From NCBI GenBank assembly GCA_049319825.1, contig JBMORT010000002.1:15550-79549 (forward strand): 64,000 bases of DNA, read 5' to 3'. The position numbers and the translations under genes were made by a program. This DNA is from Patescibacteria group bacterium. Lineage in GTDB: Bacteria; Patescibacteriota; Patescibacteriia; UBA11705; DATKZF01. The notes under the pieces are model-generated. The model was not told where the DNA came from, did no database searches, and saw only the letters and a program-made list of their open reading frames with translations. Numbering within the stretch: the stretch's first letter is position 1; each line of letters begins with the position of its first letter. Shown here piece by piece: positions 1 through 9,804 of this stretch.

Positions 1-440
1 TGCGTAATTACGGCCAGCGAGGTGATTAATCCCAAATGAATGTCCACGGTGAAAGCGGCGGCGATCACCAAGCCGTCAATGAAATTATGAAATCCGTCGC
101 CGATCAAATTCATTTTCGATAGTATGCCTCGATGGGAAAATTGATCACATTGGCCCTTGCACTTATGGTTATGATGCCAGTGGAACACTCTCTCGATTAC
201 GAAAAATATGGTAAATCCGATCAGTACCCAAATAAAAACCTCAAAAGCGCCGCCTGCCTCCACGGCTTCCGGCACCAAATGAAGCAGGGCTCCTCCCAAA
301 AGCGAGCCGGCGGAAAAGCCAACCAGTAATAACAAAATTTTATCAAGCACTTTTTCTTTTACCATTAATCCAATTATGCCGATAAATGATACGACACTGA
401 CAAACAGTGTCGCGCCGATGGCCCAAAAATATGTAATCAT
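1..440 (-). CDS. ZIP-family zinc transporter (ZupT-like), partial; 3' end lies beyond window
   Basis: Reverse-strand ORF from ATG at 440 to the window edge translates to MITYFWAIGATLFVSVVSFIGIIGL...FHWHHNHKC...NLIGDGFHNFIDGLVIAAAF. The His-rich loop and DGxHNFxDG motif are typical of ZIP/ZupT transporters. Not in the ORF track because no stop falls inside the window. Confidence 0.6.
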   Translation of the reverse strand, partial: MITYFWAIGATLFVSVVSFIGIIGLMVKEKVLDKILLLLVGFSAGSLLGGALLHLVPEAVEAGGAFEVFIWVLIGFTIFFVIERVFHWHHNHKCKGQCDQFSHRGILSKMNLIGDGFHNFIDGLVIAAAFTVDIHLGLITSLAVIT

Positions 441-548
441 ATTGATAATATTCTATCAACTAAAAAATCAGCGGTCAACGCCATGTGAATTTTTAATGAC
501 TAAACAGGATTGAAAAATATTAAAATAATTGATAAAATTGCATTGCCT

Positions 549-623
549 GCGGGTGTCGTATATCGGTTATTACGCCGGCTTCCCAAGCCGGAAAGGGCGG
601 TTCGATTCCGCTCACCCGCTCCA
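549..623 (+). tRNA. tRNA-Gly (anticodon CCC), CCA encoded
   Basis: GCGGGTG acceptor stem pairs with CACCCGC. Anticodon stem CCGGC/GCCGG has loop TTCCCAA. GGTTCGATTCC T-loop, terminal CCA. Confidence 0.8.
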
Positions 624-708
624 TTAAAAACTCAATTAAAAATATAATATCAATCAAATTTATCAAAAAATAAAATCAACCATTATAAAAAACAGGTTTT
701 TAATTACT

Positions 709-2178
709 TTGTTTTTTATTTTTTTTGTTTCAACTGTATTTTTCAGCTCCCACTACCTGACCAATTGGGACGCGGGCCAATTCGCTCTGGGAACGAAAAA
801 TTTTGACATTGGCGCCCATCAGCCGCACCCGCCGGGATATTTTCTATATGTGTACGGCGCCAAGGCGCTTAATTTTATTTTTCCAAACATCAATACTTGC
901 TTTTTGATTATCAATTTCATTGCCGGAGCGCTGGCGATTTACTTCTTTTACAAATTGATTTTTTTAATTTCCGAAAACCAAAAAATTTCTTTTTTCATTG
1001 GATTGCTTTTAACCGCCAATCCGGCTTTTTGGTACTACCACAACATCGCCAATACTTATGTCTTTGAAATTTTAGCGGTCTGCCTGGCTGCTTTCTTTAC
1101 TTATAAAACAATTTTGGGCGATAAAAACGCTTTTCTTTTTAATGCGGGGGCCATCGCTTTAATAATGGGTTTCCGGCCGTCAATAATTTTATTGGCCGCG
1201 CCGCTGCTTTTGATTAACATCATTTTCAGCAAACAAAAATTGAAAAATTTGCTGCTCGGCGCGATGATTTTTGCGGCCGTATTCGCCGCCTGGTTTATTC
1301 CGTTCGCCAGTATTGCCGGATTTCACAACATTTTGTCCGCAACAAAGAGTCAGGCCAGCCTGAGCGCCGGCGCTTTTTCCAAAAAATCGCAATTGATATT
1401 CATGGCCAAAAGCCTGCTATTTTGCCTGAACGCCGCTGTCATATTTTTTCCGTTTTTGATCAAGCAAAACATCAAATTCATTGCTGAAAAAAAACTCTTT
1501 TACTTTTTAATTCCGCCGGCTTTTCTAATATTATTTTATTCGGTCGTTCATTTCGGCGAGGTCGGCTACGGCCTGGGAGTGATTCCCATATTTTTATTAT
1601 TTTCAATTCTGCCGATCAGCCGAATGATGGAAAAATTAAAAGACCGGCTGCTGATATACCTGGTGCTGGCCGCTCAGGTCTGCATTTTCATTTGGCCGCT
1701 GCCAGCATTTGATGATCAGAAAATTTTTAAAATAAATTATTCGTCGATCAAACAAACTGACAGCCGAATCGGCAACGAAGTCAGCCTGATCGCCGCGCAA
1801 AATCCAAGCTTATTGATTATTATTTTGCGCGGGCAATATCTGGACGCAGCGAATCAAGTCCGTTCTTATCCTAATGATGACATCAGAATCCTCGGATATT
1901 ACCTGCCGGGCGGCAAGCTCTATGACTTTGCCGGAGTCATTTTCGAATATTCCATAATTGAAAATTACACCTCGGAAAAATTCCACGCCAATTGCATCAG
2001 CATTCCGCCTGATACATCGAATATCTTAATTCTGGCCGATTATCTGAATCCGATCGATTATCCCGATGAATTCGAGCTGACCGAAAGCCGAATTCCCGAT
2101 TCCGGCCAGGTGTATTATACTGGAAGCATAGAAAATATTGACAAATTTGAATTTAAAGGGTTTTATTTTAATAAATGA
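709..2178 (+). CDS. DUF2723 (TMEM260-like) polytopic membrane protein, putative glycosyl/mannosyltransferase
   Basis: 489-aa ORF with about 11 TM helices. N-terminal TNWDAGQFALG...AHQPHPPGYFLY resembles the DUF2723 signature (WDxGEF...HPPGYPLY). Confidence 0.55.
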   Translation: MFFIFFVSTVFFSSHYLTNWDAGQFALGTKNFDIGAHQPHPPGYFLYVYGAKALNFIFPNINTCFLIINFIAGALAIYFFYKLIFLISENQKISFFIGLLLTANPAFWYYHNIANTYVFEILAVCLAAFFTYKTILGDKNAFLFNAGAIALIMGFRPSIILLAAPLLLINIIFSKQKLKNLLLGAMIFAAVFAAWFIPFASIAGFHNILSATKSQASLSAGAFSKKSQLIFMAKSLLFCLNAAVIFFPFLIKQNIKFIAEKKLFYFLIPPAFLILFYSVVHFGEVGYGLGVIPIFLLFSILPISRMMEKLKDRLLIYLVLAAQVCIFIWPLPAFDDQKIFKINYSSIKQTDSRIGNEVSLIAAQNPSLLIIILRGQYLDAANQVRSYPNDDIRILGYYLPGGKLYDFAGVIFEYSIIENYTSEKFHANCISIPPDTSNILILADYLNPIDYPDEFELTESRIPDSGQVYYTGSIENIDKFEFKGFYFNK

Positions 2179-3895
2179 TATGCTTGAGCTTTCCCTAAGC
2201 ACTCTCAATGTCATCGCCTGGTCAAAAATTATATTTTTTTTATTTTTGGCCGTTTTGATATTTTTAGTTTTCAAAAAAAACAAGCCGTGGCTTTATCTTT
2301 TGGCAATCACCGCGGCCGTCGCCGGATTCTACCTGATATTCAGCCGGCCGCTGGAAAAAATGTTTTGGGGCAATAACGGTGACGAGGTTTTCATATTTTC
2401 ATTTCTGACCAAGGTGATGGCCGGAGATTATTTCAAAGACTTTTACTATTCCGCCCTGCCGCCGTTTTATCCGCCGCTGTATTTTTGGATCATTGGCACC
2501 ATTTCAAAATTTTTCACCACCGGCGGCATTGCGGCCGCTAAAATCGGCAGCTTTTTCACTTTATCAATCTGGTTTGTCGGACCATACCTTTTCCAAAAGC
2601 TGTTTTGGAAAATTTCAAAAGAAAAAGAAGAAAAATCAATTGTTCAATCAAAATGGTTCTGGCTGATTTGCCCGATAATTTTTTTCATCAGCCTGGACTT
2701 TGATGCCGTTATTTTAAAGCCTTATGAAACTCTACCGGCACTTTTCGGCGTTTTGCTGATCGGCATGATTTCAATCAGCTTTGACTGGGAAAAATGGACC
2801 TGGAAAAATTATTTATTTTTGGGGATCAGTGGCGGACTGCTTTTCCTGACTTATTATTTCTGGTGGTTTATTTTAATCCCATCAATTTTTACATTGGCCT
2901 TAATTTCCAAACAGAAATCGAAAAACTTGCTTCGAATACTTTTGCTTGGCACTATTATTTTCGCTGTCGCGTCGCCCTATTTAATCCCCCTCGTTAAGTC
3001 TTATCTCGCGCATGGCATGGAAAACTGGCAGGCCGCGTTTTTCGTGCCGCAGGATTTCTCGACTTTTGCGCCCTGGACGCCGCTGAATCTGAAAACTGTC
3101 ATTGTAATTGCCGGGCTGATTGGTTTGATTTGGTTTCGAAGAGACAACTTCATTAAGGCCGGCCTGGTCACCTTCAGCTTCGCCTTTGTTTATCAATTGA
3201 TCAATATTATCGCTTATTTGGCCGGCGCCAAACCAGCTCAATCAGCAAAGCCGTTTTTATTCTTAGGCACTGCCTGCCTGGCGATCGGCGCAGCATATTT
3301 GCTGATCCACTTATTTCGAAAATTTGCCTCCAAGCTTGAACTCAAATTTCAAAAATCAGTCGTTTTGATATTAATTTTAATTTTCTTGCCCCTGATGCCT
3401 TTTGCCAAATTCATCGATGATCCGGTGGTACAGGCTCAGATTGAAAAAGATTTGTCTGAGCCGAGCATCAGGCCAATCGCTGATTTTATTAAAAACAATA
3501 TTCCCGATTATTCCCAGAGAATCTGGCTATCGAGCGGCGCGCCCGAAATCAATGCCTATATTCCAATGACTTATTATATCGCGCACAATCCGCATTTCAG
3601 CCATCAAGCCTCAAATTATTCGAAGCGGTTTGAGCAGGTCGAAAAAATGACTCGGACCGGCTCAGCTGAAGAATTTATCCGGATCATCGAAAGCCAGCCG
3701 GAAAAAATAGACAGCCTGCTGCTTTATTTTGATCGGTCCACGGATACTTATCCGTTATTTTTCTGGCAAGATAATTATCCCAATGGCGGCCAAGAACTCA
3801 GGCTCGATTTGCCGAAAAATTTAATTGATGAAAAATATTGGGAAAAAAGGTATAATGATGGTGAATGGTATATTTATATTAGAAATTGGAAATAA
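2138..3895 (+). CDS. large polytopic membrane protein with C-terminal soluble domain (putative glycosyltransferase-like)
   Basis: 585-aa ORF with many TM helices and a Pro/Tyr-rich loop YYSALPPFYPPLYFW. Its start overlaps the upstream gene. An alternative ATG at 2180 (MLELS...) lies just after the upstream stop. Confidence 0.5.
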   Translation: MTNLNLKGFILINDMLELSLSTLNVIAWSKIIFFLFLAVLIFLVFKKNKPWLYLLAITAAVAGFYLIFSRPLEKMFWGNNGDEVFIFSFLTKVMAGDYFKDFYYSALPPFYPPLYFWIIGTISKFFTTGGIAAAKIGSFFTLSIWFVGPYLFQKLFWKISKEKEEKSIVQSKWFWLICPIIFFISLDFDAVILKPYETLPALFGVLLIGMISISFDWEKWTWKNYLFLGISGGLLFLTYYFWWFILIPSIFTLALISKQKSKNLLRILLLGTIIFAVASPYLIPLVKSYLAHGMENWQAAFFVPQDFSTFAPWTPLNLKTVIVIAGLIGLIWFRRDNFIKAGLVTFSFAFVYQLINIIAYLAGAKPAQSAKPFLFLGTACLAIGAAYLLIHLFRKFASKLELKFQKSVVLILILIFLPLMPFAKFIDDPVVQAQIEKDLSEPSIRPIADFIKNNIPDYSQRIWLSSGAPEINAYIPMTYYIAHNPHFSHQASNYSKRFEQVEKMTRTGSAEEFIRIIESQPEKIDSLLLYFDRSTDTYPLFFWQDNYPNGGQELRLDLPKNLIDEKYWEKRYNDGEWYIYIRNWK

Positions 3896-3913
3896 GAAAT
3901 AGGAAATTGGGAA

Positions 3914-5344
3914 TTGGAAAGTAGAAAGTGGAAATTTAATATGGGAGATGAAAAACTTTTTGATCTGTTTCAGCGAGAACAAGAATATTTAAAAGAGCAG
4001 GAACAAAAAAATCCTGAACTTTTTATTCGAACCGAGTCAGTCGAGTCAGCCGAGACACTGGCAAAAGTCGGCATATCTTTCCCCTTCTCCCAGCTGCCGA
4101 TTGGTTATTTAAAGTATCATCCTTTCGATTTTATAGTCGAGGAAATTCAAACCGACGGCCGAATCAGCTCAGTGGGCATTGCCGAAGAAAACAGTTCAGG
4201 ATTGTCCGCTGAAGATCCGACCATCTATGCTGATTTGGTAAAAGTCGGCATTTCGACCATAGATGCCGTGGATGAGCTGGCCAAAATGCTCAGCATCGAT
4301 TCGAAAAATATCGGCACGGCCGGGATAAAAGACCAAAACGCGCTGACCAGCCAGCGCATCAGCATTCGCTCAGCCAGGCTGGACAAGGTCATTAATCTAA
4401 AGCCGAAAAACTTTTTGCTCCAAAATTTAGCCACCGGCAAAGGGGCGATACAGCTGGGCAGCCTGACCGGCAATCGATTCACCATATTTGTCCGCACGGA
4501 AAAACAAATACCTCAAAGCGCTGTCGAAGACCAGCTCAGCCGGGCTCGGAGTGCTGGATTTTGGAACTTTTACTGGCTGCAGCGGTTCGGCAACCGCCTG
4601 CTGTCTCATTACTGGGGCTTACTTTTATTCCGGGGGGATTATCAAGGAGCGGTCAGATCTTATTTTTGCCAGCCGGGCAATCAGGATAATCCTTTTTACC
4701 GGCAGCTAAGGCAGCAGGCAGCCGAGCGATTCGGCGACTGGCCGGCGCTGCGCGAGATGTTTGAAAAGCTTCCTTACAGTCTTCGCTATGAACTGACCAT
4801 GCTCGATCACCTGATCAAGCGGCCGGATGATTACACCGGCGCTCTAAACACCATCTCAGACCAGATCCGGCTGTGGGTTTACGCCTATGCCAGCTATCTA
4901 TTCAACGGCTTACTCTCACATTATGCCAATTCCGGCGAAAAATGTCCGAAAAATTTACCACTGGTTTTAAGCCTGGATCGAGCCGATCAGGCACCCTATC
5001 AGGCGTTTCTGGAAGCGGACGGCGTGCCCGCTAATTTTGGAAAAAACTTAAGGCCTTTTCCTTATATTCGGCTCTCTCACCGGGTCGTCAATTCCCAGTT
5101 TGAGCCGGAAATCCTGGGCGTCAAATCATTGCCCGAGGGCGTATTAATTGCTTTTAATCTGGACAAAGGTTCGTATGCCACCACTTTTCTCGCCCATCTT
5201 TTTACACTGACCGGCGGCCTGCCGGTGCCGCATTGGCTGAAACCTCAAAAATATGATTTTAAAAAACTGCTTGGACCGGGCAGCATTAAAAATACCTTTG
5301 AAATGTTTAAAGACTATATTGTGGAAAAAGAAAAGGCAGTATAA
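3914..5344 (+). CDS. truD: tRNA pseudouridine synthase TruD/Pus7-family-like
   Basis: GTAGIKDQNALTSQRISI matches the GxKD catalytic motif. FWNFYWLQRFGN matches the NYFGxQRFG motif of TruD. A start at 3944 (MGDEKLF) is also possible. Confidence 0.55.
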   Translation: MESRKWKFNMGDEKLFDLFQREQEYLKEQEQKNPELFIRTESVESAETLAKVGISFPFSQLPIGYLKYHPFDFIVEEIQTDGRISSVGIAEENSSGLSAEDPTIYADLVKVGISTIDAVDELAKMLSIDSKNIGTAGIKDQNALTSQRISIRSARLDKVINLKPKNFLLQNLATGKGAIQLGSLTGNRFTIFVRTEKQIPQSAVEDQLSRARSAGFWNFYWLQRFGNRLLSHYWGLLLFRGDYQGAVRSYFCQPGNQDNPFYRQLRQQAAERFGDWPALREMFEKLPYSLRYELTMLDHLIKRPDDYTGALNTISDQIRLWVYAYASYLFNGLLSHYANSGEKCPKNLPLVLSLDRADQAPYQAFLEADGVPANFGKNLRPFPYIRLSHRVVNSQFEPEILGVKSLPEGVLIAFNLDKGSYATTFLAHLFTLTGGLPVPHWLKPQKYDFKKLLGPGSIKNTFEMFKDYIVEKEKAV

Positions 5345-5433
5345 TGTAAAAAATGTCGGTCAACGGCCGGTCAGCCGCTGGTGAAAAAAATTAAAAAGCT
5401 GAAATCGCTTCGCGATTTGTATTCTCTATTACA

Positions 5434-5462
5434 GCTCGGCCCAAGGCCGAGTTGTTCTTTTT
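5434..5462 (+). terminator. rho-independent terminator after truD-like gene
   Basis: GCTCGGCC-caa-GGCCGAG hairpin followed by TTGTTCTTTTT. Confidence 0.55.
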
Positions 5463-5531
5463 GTAACCTTTCGATTACTCTCTTCGAGCCTGAGCGATGA
5501 GGCTCAGGTCTCAGCGTCGAAGACAGGGCCG

Positions 5532-5606
5532 GTCAAAAAGGAAGTCGCCGCCAGGCGAAATTGGAGAAATATGCGGTATAGATCTTCCGGCTGAAATTGA
5601 CGGCTT
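5532..5606. repeat. 75-bp direct repeat, copy 1 of 2
   Basis: Identical 75-mer gtcaaaaaggaagtcgccgccaggcgaaattggagaaatatgcggtatagatcttccggctgaaattgacggctt recurs at 5761..5835. Confidence 0.9.
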
Positions 5607-5760
5607 CTGTTTTACGAGGGATGAGTAAGTCTTATTGATGAACTCATCATTCGTAAATAGCATCGGGGTCTGGGGGGCCGATTGCCCATGGCGCGCTGTC
5701 TGAATCCAAATCGTCGCTTCGCATTTGAGGCCCCCCAGCGCTTTTTGCTTCCTTTTTGGC

Positions 5761-5835
5761 GTCAAAAAGGAAGTCGCCGCCAGGCGAAATTGGAGAAATA
5801 TGCGGTATAGATCTTCCGGCTGAAATTGACGGCTT
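5761..5835. repeat. 75-bp direct repeat, copy 2 of 2
   Basis: Exact copy of 5532..5606, separated from copy 1 by 154 bp that contain a CTGGGGGGCC(50 nt)GGCCCCCCAG hairpin. Confidence 0.9.
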
Positions 5836-5845
5836 TCACTTTAAT

Positions 5846-5884
5846 AAAAGACCCGCCAAGCAACTTGCTGCTAGCGGGTCTTTT
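5846..5884. terminator. bidirectional rho-independent terminator (serves the high-GC minus-strand gene)
   Basis: aaaAGACCCGCcaagcaacttgctgctaGCGGGTCTtttt. Perfect 8-bp stem flanked by an A-run and a T-run. Confidence 0.6.
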
Positions 5885-5912
5885 GGTAAGGCGCGGGAGT
5901 GGCCGAAAGCTC

Positions 5913-6551
5913 TTAGAGCTTGGCCATCTCCCAGCGCATGTTGGTGATTCGGAGCTCGGCGGCCGGTTTTTCGGTCTCCGGCCGCTGAGACGTGAGGTTG
6001 ACGGTGTAGGGGTTGCCCTGGTTCGCGTTGTTCCACACGAACAGGTTGCCCCAGGTCGAGTGGAACAGCCGGGCCAGAACGCCGCGCTGATCTCCGGTCA
6101 GCTCCAGCGCGTCGCCGGCCGGCATCAGGGTCAGCTGGACCCAGGTCTCGGTCTTGGTGACCTCGACCGGGCCCTTCTGCACCCGCCGGTTTTTTTCGAA
6201 CCAACCGGCGGAGACGAGCTTGAGTCCGGCCGCCAGCAGCTGGTCAACAATGACTGCGGCGCTGACTCGGCCATTCTTGACCTGCGCCGCCGGCATACCC
6301 ACATCCGCCACACCGTCGCGGTGCGCGTAGGGGTCGAGCCCGAGCTGGGCGGCCAGGACCTTGCGAGCCTGCTGACGCTTGGCCTCGTCCTCCTTGAAGT
6401 TGAAATAGCCGAGGCCGGCTGACTCCATGTCCACCATGAAGCTCCGGTCCACCCGGAACTTCACCAACACGCCCAGCGCCGGGTCGAACCGGCTGGCATC
6501 CTGCTGGTTCTCCCCGAACAACCCATCAAACACGGCCAATACTTCATTCAT
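5913..6551 (-). CDS. hypothetical protein, compositionally foreign (about 65% GC)
   Basis: ORF 5913..6608. The internal ATG at 6551 has a good SD (AGGAGA) and the ATG at 6608 has none. The protein has balanced composition (MNEVLAVFDGLFGENQQDASRFDPALG...). The plus-strand ORFs overlapping it look like antisense artefacts. I could not assign a family. Confidence 0.5.
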   Translation of the reverse strand: MNEVLAVFDGLFGENQQDASRFDPALGVLVKFRVDRSFMVDMESAGLGYFNFKEDEAKRQQARKVLAAQLGLDPYAHRDGVADVGMPAAQVKNGRVSAAVIVDQLLAAGLKLVSAGWFEKNRRVQKGPVEVTKTETWVQLTLMPAGDALELTGDQRGVLARLFHSTWGNLFVWNNANQGNPYTVNLTSQRPETEKPAAELRITNMRWEMAKL

Positions 6552-6714
6552 TGCTTTCTCCTGTTGTGTGAATGTCTTACCACCAAAATAAACCGCGCAA
6601 ACAATCATTGTATTATATCATATTATAATGAATTTGTCAAAGATTTTATTGTTTTTTTTACTAAAATAACAAAAAAAACCGAAATGTCCGGTTTTTAATT
6701 ATATCAAATATCAC

Positions 6715-9700
6715 TTATTTTTCCACCACTTTTTCGGCGTCTTTTAAATTAAGGGACAAAACTCGGGAAACACCGTCATCGCCCATTGATACCCCGTATA
6801 GCACGTCAGCGGCATGCATCACCACGCGGTTATGAGTAATCACCAAGAATTGAGTTTTATAAGACAGCTGCGTCAAAATGTTGGCGAACCGCTCTGAATT
6901 CGCTTCATCGAGCGCCGCGTCCACTTCGTCCATGACCACGAACGGCGATGGATTGCTGTCGATAATGGCGCAGAGCAAAGCGATGGAGGTCATGGTGCGC
7001 TCGCCGCCGGACAGCGCGGTGATGTTGGTAATTTTTTTATTGGGCGGAGAAACCATGATCTCAATCCCCTGACTGACGGTACGGAATAATTTTTTATATC
7101 GATCAGGCTGCTCGCTCGCTGCCGACGCCTCAGCGACATTCGCCTCGGCCGCCGCGGCCTCGGCTTCGGTTTTGGCCTCGAGCTCTACCCTCGGCGCCGT
7201 TTCTTCGGTCGATAATACCAGCTTAGCGCGGCCGCCCTGAAAAATCTGCACGAAATATCGCTCAAAGGATTTATTAATGTTTTTGAACGCTTGATGAAAT
7301 TGGCCATGAATCACTTTGTCCAACTCAATGATAATTTTTTCCAAATCTTCAATGGCTTTTTGCAAATCTTTTACTTGAGCGCTCAAAAATTCAAAACGCT
7401 GCTTGACCTCGTCGTATTCATTTACCGTTTCCGGATCAATGCCGCCGATCAAATCGAGACTCTGCTTGATCTTGCCGATCTCGTGCCAAAGAGAATCGAC
7501 ATTTTCAACAGCGCGGTCAAGTTTTAAGCTGTCCGGAGACACATTCGCCCCAAGCTCTTGTCCGATTTCCTTTTGCAGGTCCTCGGTTTTCGCTTCAAGC
7601 TTGGCCAGCATGATTTTCGATTGATTGACTCGATCGGTGATCTCATTGACTTCCATTTGTTTCTTTTGCATCCGATCTTGCAATTTAAAAACTTCGGCGG
7701 TCTTTTTTTCCTCTTCCAAATTGAATTTGTCTATCTTTTCCTTGCTGACCAGCGCTTTTTTTTCCAGCGCTTGTAAATTATCCTCCAATTCTTTCTTCTG
7801 ACGGTTTATTTCACCCAAATATTTAGATTGATCTTTGGGGGATAATTTTTTCTCTTCCAGTTCCATCACCAGCTTGCGTTTTTCCACCTGCAGGCCGCCC
7901 AAATCATTTTTCAGGCCTTTTTCTCTGGTGGCTTCGATCTCGATATTAACCTTTAATTCATTAATTTCCGTCGTCACACTTTCTTTTTCGTTATTCAGCT
8001 GGCGCAGTTTATTTTTTAATGTTTCGATTTCCTGCATTTTTTGCTCTTGAGTCACCTGCTCGAGCCCGGCTTTGGCGCCAAAAGAAAAGGCCGCTTCCCT
8101 GATTTTTTTAAATCCGCCGCGGATCGAGCCGACTTTTTCGACCAGCTCGCCGTCGAGCGTCACCATGCGCGCTCGGCCAAAGCCAATCGCTTTGGCCGAA
8201 TCCATGGTATCCACCACCACCGTGCCGCCAAGTGCGTATTCAAACACCTTGGCATACTTCGGGTCGAAGGAAATCAAATCAATGGCCATGGCGATTGCTC
8301 CCTTTTCTGCTAAAATATCTTTAAAATCATTTTTACCCGTGAACGGCCGCATTTTGGTCAGCGGTAAAAACGTCACCGCACCCAGTTTGCTTTCTTTTAA
8401 ATAATTAATGCACTTAATCGCCACGTCTTCATTTTGCACCACCACGCTACCCAGCCGGCCGCCGGCCGCTGTTTCCAGCGCGGTTAAATAACGATCGTCG
8501 ACTTTTCCCAGTTGGCTGACCGTGCCGAAAATTCCTTTGATGAAGTTTTGCTGACGCAGTATGGCCGCGACCGCTTCCTGACCGGCTGAATACCCCACCC
8601 CGGCCTGACCTTTAATCCTGGCCAAATCATTCACGGCCGCCTCTAAATTATTGGAAAGCAACGCTATATTCTTTTCAATATCTTCATACGCGGCCTTCTT
8701 TTCCTCTAACACATCCCGATGGTGGCCGAGCTTGGTCTCCAGCTGGCTTAAACTTTCGTTGATTTCATTGATCCTGCCGGTGGCTTGTTCGTTTTTATCT
8801 TCGAGCCAGGCCAAATTTTGCTTGCCCAGCTTCGAATATTCCAAGTTCGTCTTGCCCCGAACAATGGCTAAATCGGCCAGCAGCTGATTTTTTTCGGCCA
8901 TTAATTTATTGTGCTCTTTCTGCAAAGCATTGAAGATATCTTTTCGCGATTCTTGTCTGGCCAATTCAGCCAGCTTCGCCTGGATTTCCGCCAGCTCGGC
9001 GGCCGCTTGCTCGCGGACGCTGTCCTGAACCGCATATTCTTTTTCATATTTATCACGCTTGGTTTTTAAATCATGCCACAAAAATCCGTAATATTGATGC
9101 TGCAACTGAGCAAGATTCTTTTCTAATTCTTTTCTTTTTTCAAGCCTTTTTACCTGACGAGTCAACGATTTCAGCCGCGGCTCAAGCTCGGCCAGCACAT
9201 TGTTCGACTGCTCGAGATTATCCAGCGTCCTTTTCATTTTGTTAATCGATTGATCGCGTTTTATCTGATACTGCTTGATGCCGGTGGCTTCGTCAAAAAA
9301 CTCCTTGCGCTCCAGCGGTGATATGTTGATGATCTGGTCAACCATGCCTTGCCCGATGATCGAATAACTTTTTTGGCCGAAATTGGCTTTGGCCAGCAGC
9401 ATCAGAATGTCAAACAGACGAACTCGGTTTTTATTTATCAAATACTCGCCTTCGCCATCGCGATAAACGCGCCGCGTGATCACGACTTCCGAGTAGTCAA
9501 TGGGAATTTTTTTATCTTCATTGTTCAAATGCAATGAAACCTCGGCAAATCCTTGCCTGGCCATCGACGGCGACCCGGAAAAAATCACATCCTCCGCCTT
9601 TTTCCCGCGCAGCAACTTCAGACTTTGCTCGCCCAAGACCCAGCGAATCGCATCGGCCGTATTGGATTTGCCGGAGCCGTTCGGGCCGACAATGGCGCTG

Positions 9701-9804
9701 ACGCTTTTGGCTTTGGAATCGCGATGCGAGGCGTCCGGAAATTCCAAAACCGTCTTTCTGGCAAAAGACTTGAAGCCTTGGAGTTCGATCTTTGATAAAT
9801 ACAT
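6715..9804 (-). CDS. smc: chromosome segregation protein SMC
   Basis: N-terminus MYLSKIELQGFKSF...GPNGSGKSN (Walker A), long coiled coils with a hinge, C-terminal LSGGERTMTSIALLCAI signature and DEVDAALD Walker B. The ORF extends to 9945, but the SMC-like N-terminus starts at ATG 9804. Confidence 0.9.
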   Translation of the reverse strand: MYLSKIELQGFKSFARKTVLEFPDASHRDSKAKSVSAIVGPNGSGKSNTADAIRWVLGEQSLKLLRGKKAEDVIFSGSPSMARQGFAEVSLHLNNEDKKIPIDYSEVVITRRVYRDGEGEYLINKNRVRLFDILMLLAKANFGQKSYSIIGQGMVDQIINISPLERKEFFDEATGIKQYQIKRDQSINKMKRTLDNLEQSNNVLAELEPRLKSLTRQVKRLEKRKELEKNLAQLQHQYYGFLWHDLKTKRDKYEKEYAVQDSVREQAAAELAEIQAKLAELARQESRKDIFNALQKEHNKLMAEKNQLLADLAIVRGKTNLEYSKLGKQNLAWLEDKNEQATGRINEINESLSQLETKLGHHRDVLEEKKAAYEDIEKNIALLSNNLEAAVNDLARIKGQAGVGYSAGQEAVAAILRQQNFIKGIFGTVSQLGKVDDRYLTALETAAGGRLGSVVVQNEDVAIKCINYLKESKLGAVTFLPLTKMRPFTGKNDFKDILAEKGAIAMAIDLISFDPKYAKVFEYALGGTVVVDTMDSAKAIGFGRARMVTLDGELVEKVGSIRGGFKKIREAAFSFGAKAGLEQVTQEQKMQEIETLKNKLRQLNNEKESVTTEINELKVNIEIEATREKGLKNDLGGLQVEKRKLVMELEEKKLSPKDQSKYLGEINRQKKELEDNLQALEKKALVSKEKIDKFNLEEEKKTAEVFKLQDRMQKKQMEVNEITDRVNQSKIMLAKLEAKTEDLQKEIGQELGANVSPDSLKLDRAVENVDSLWHEIGKIKQSLDLIGGIDPETVNEYDEVKQRFEFLSAQVKDLQKAIEDLEKIIIELDKVIHGQFHQAFKNINKSFERYFVQIFQGGRAKLVLSTEETAPRVELEAKTEAEAAAAEANVAEASAASEQPDRYKKLFRTVSQGIEIMVSPPNKKITNITALSGGERTMTSIALLCAIIDSNPSPFVVMDEVDAALDEANSERFANILTQLSYKTQFLVITHNRVVMHAADVLYGVSMGDDGVSRVLSLNLKDAEKVVEK

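Noticed and set aside
132-329. 65-aa plus-strand ORF at the window start
   Set aside because: Antisense to the ZupT-like transporter gene, which has strong family motifs.
5532-5835. Possible CRISPR array
   Set aside because: Only two 75-bp repeats with a 154-bp spacer and no cas genes. This does not fit CRISPR repeat-spacer geometry, and no other CRISPR-like arrays were seen in the window.
5826-6422. 198-aa plus-strand ORF and several smaller ORFs over the high-GC island
   Set aside because: Low-complexity Arg/Gly/Leu-rich antisense frames. Only the minus-strand frame has protein-like composition, an SD and a terminator.
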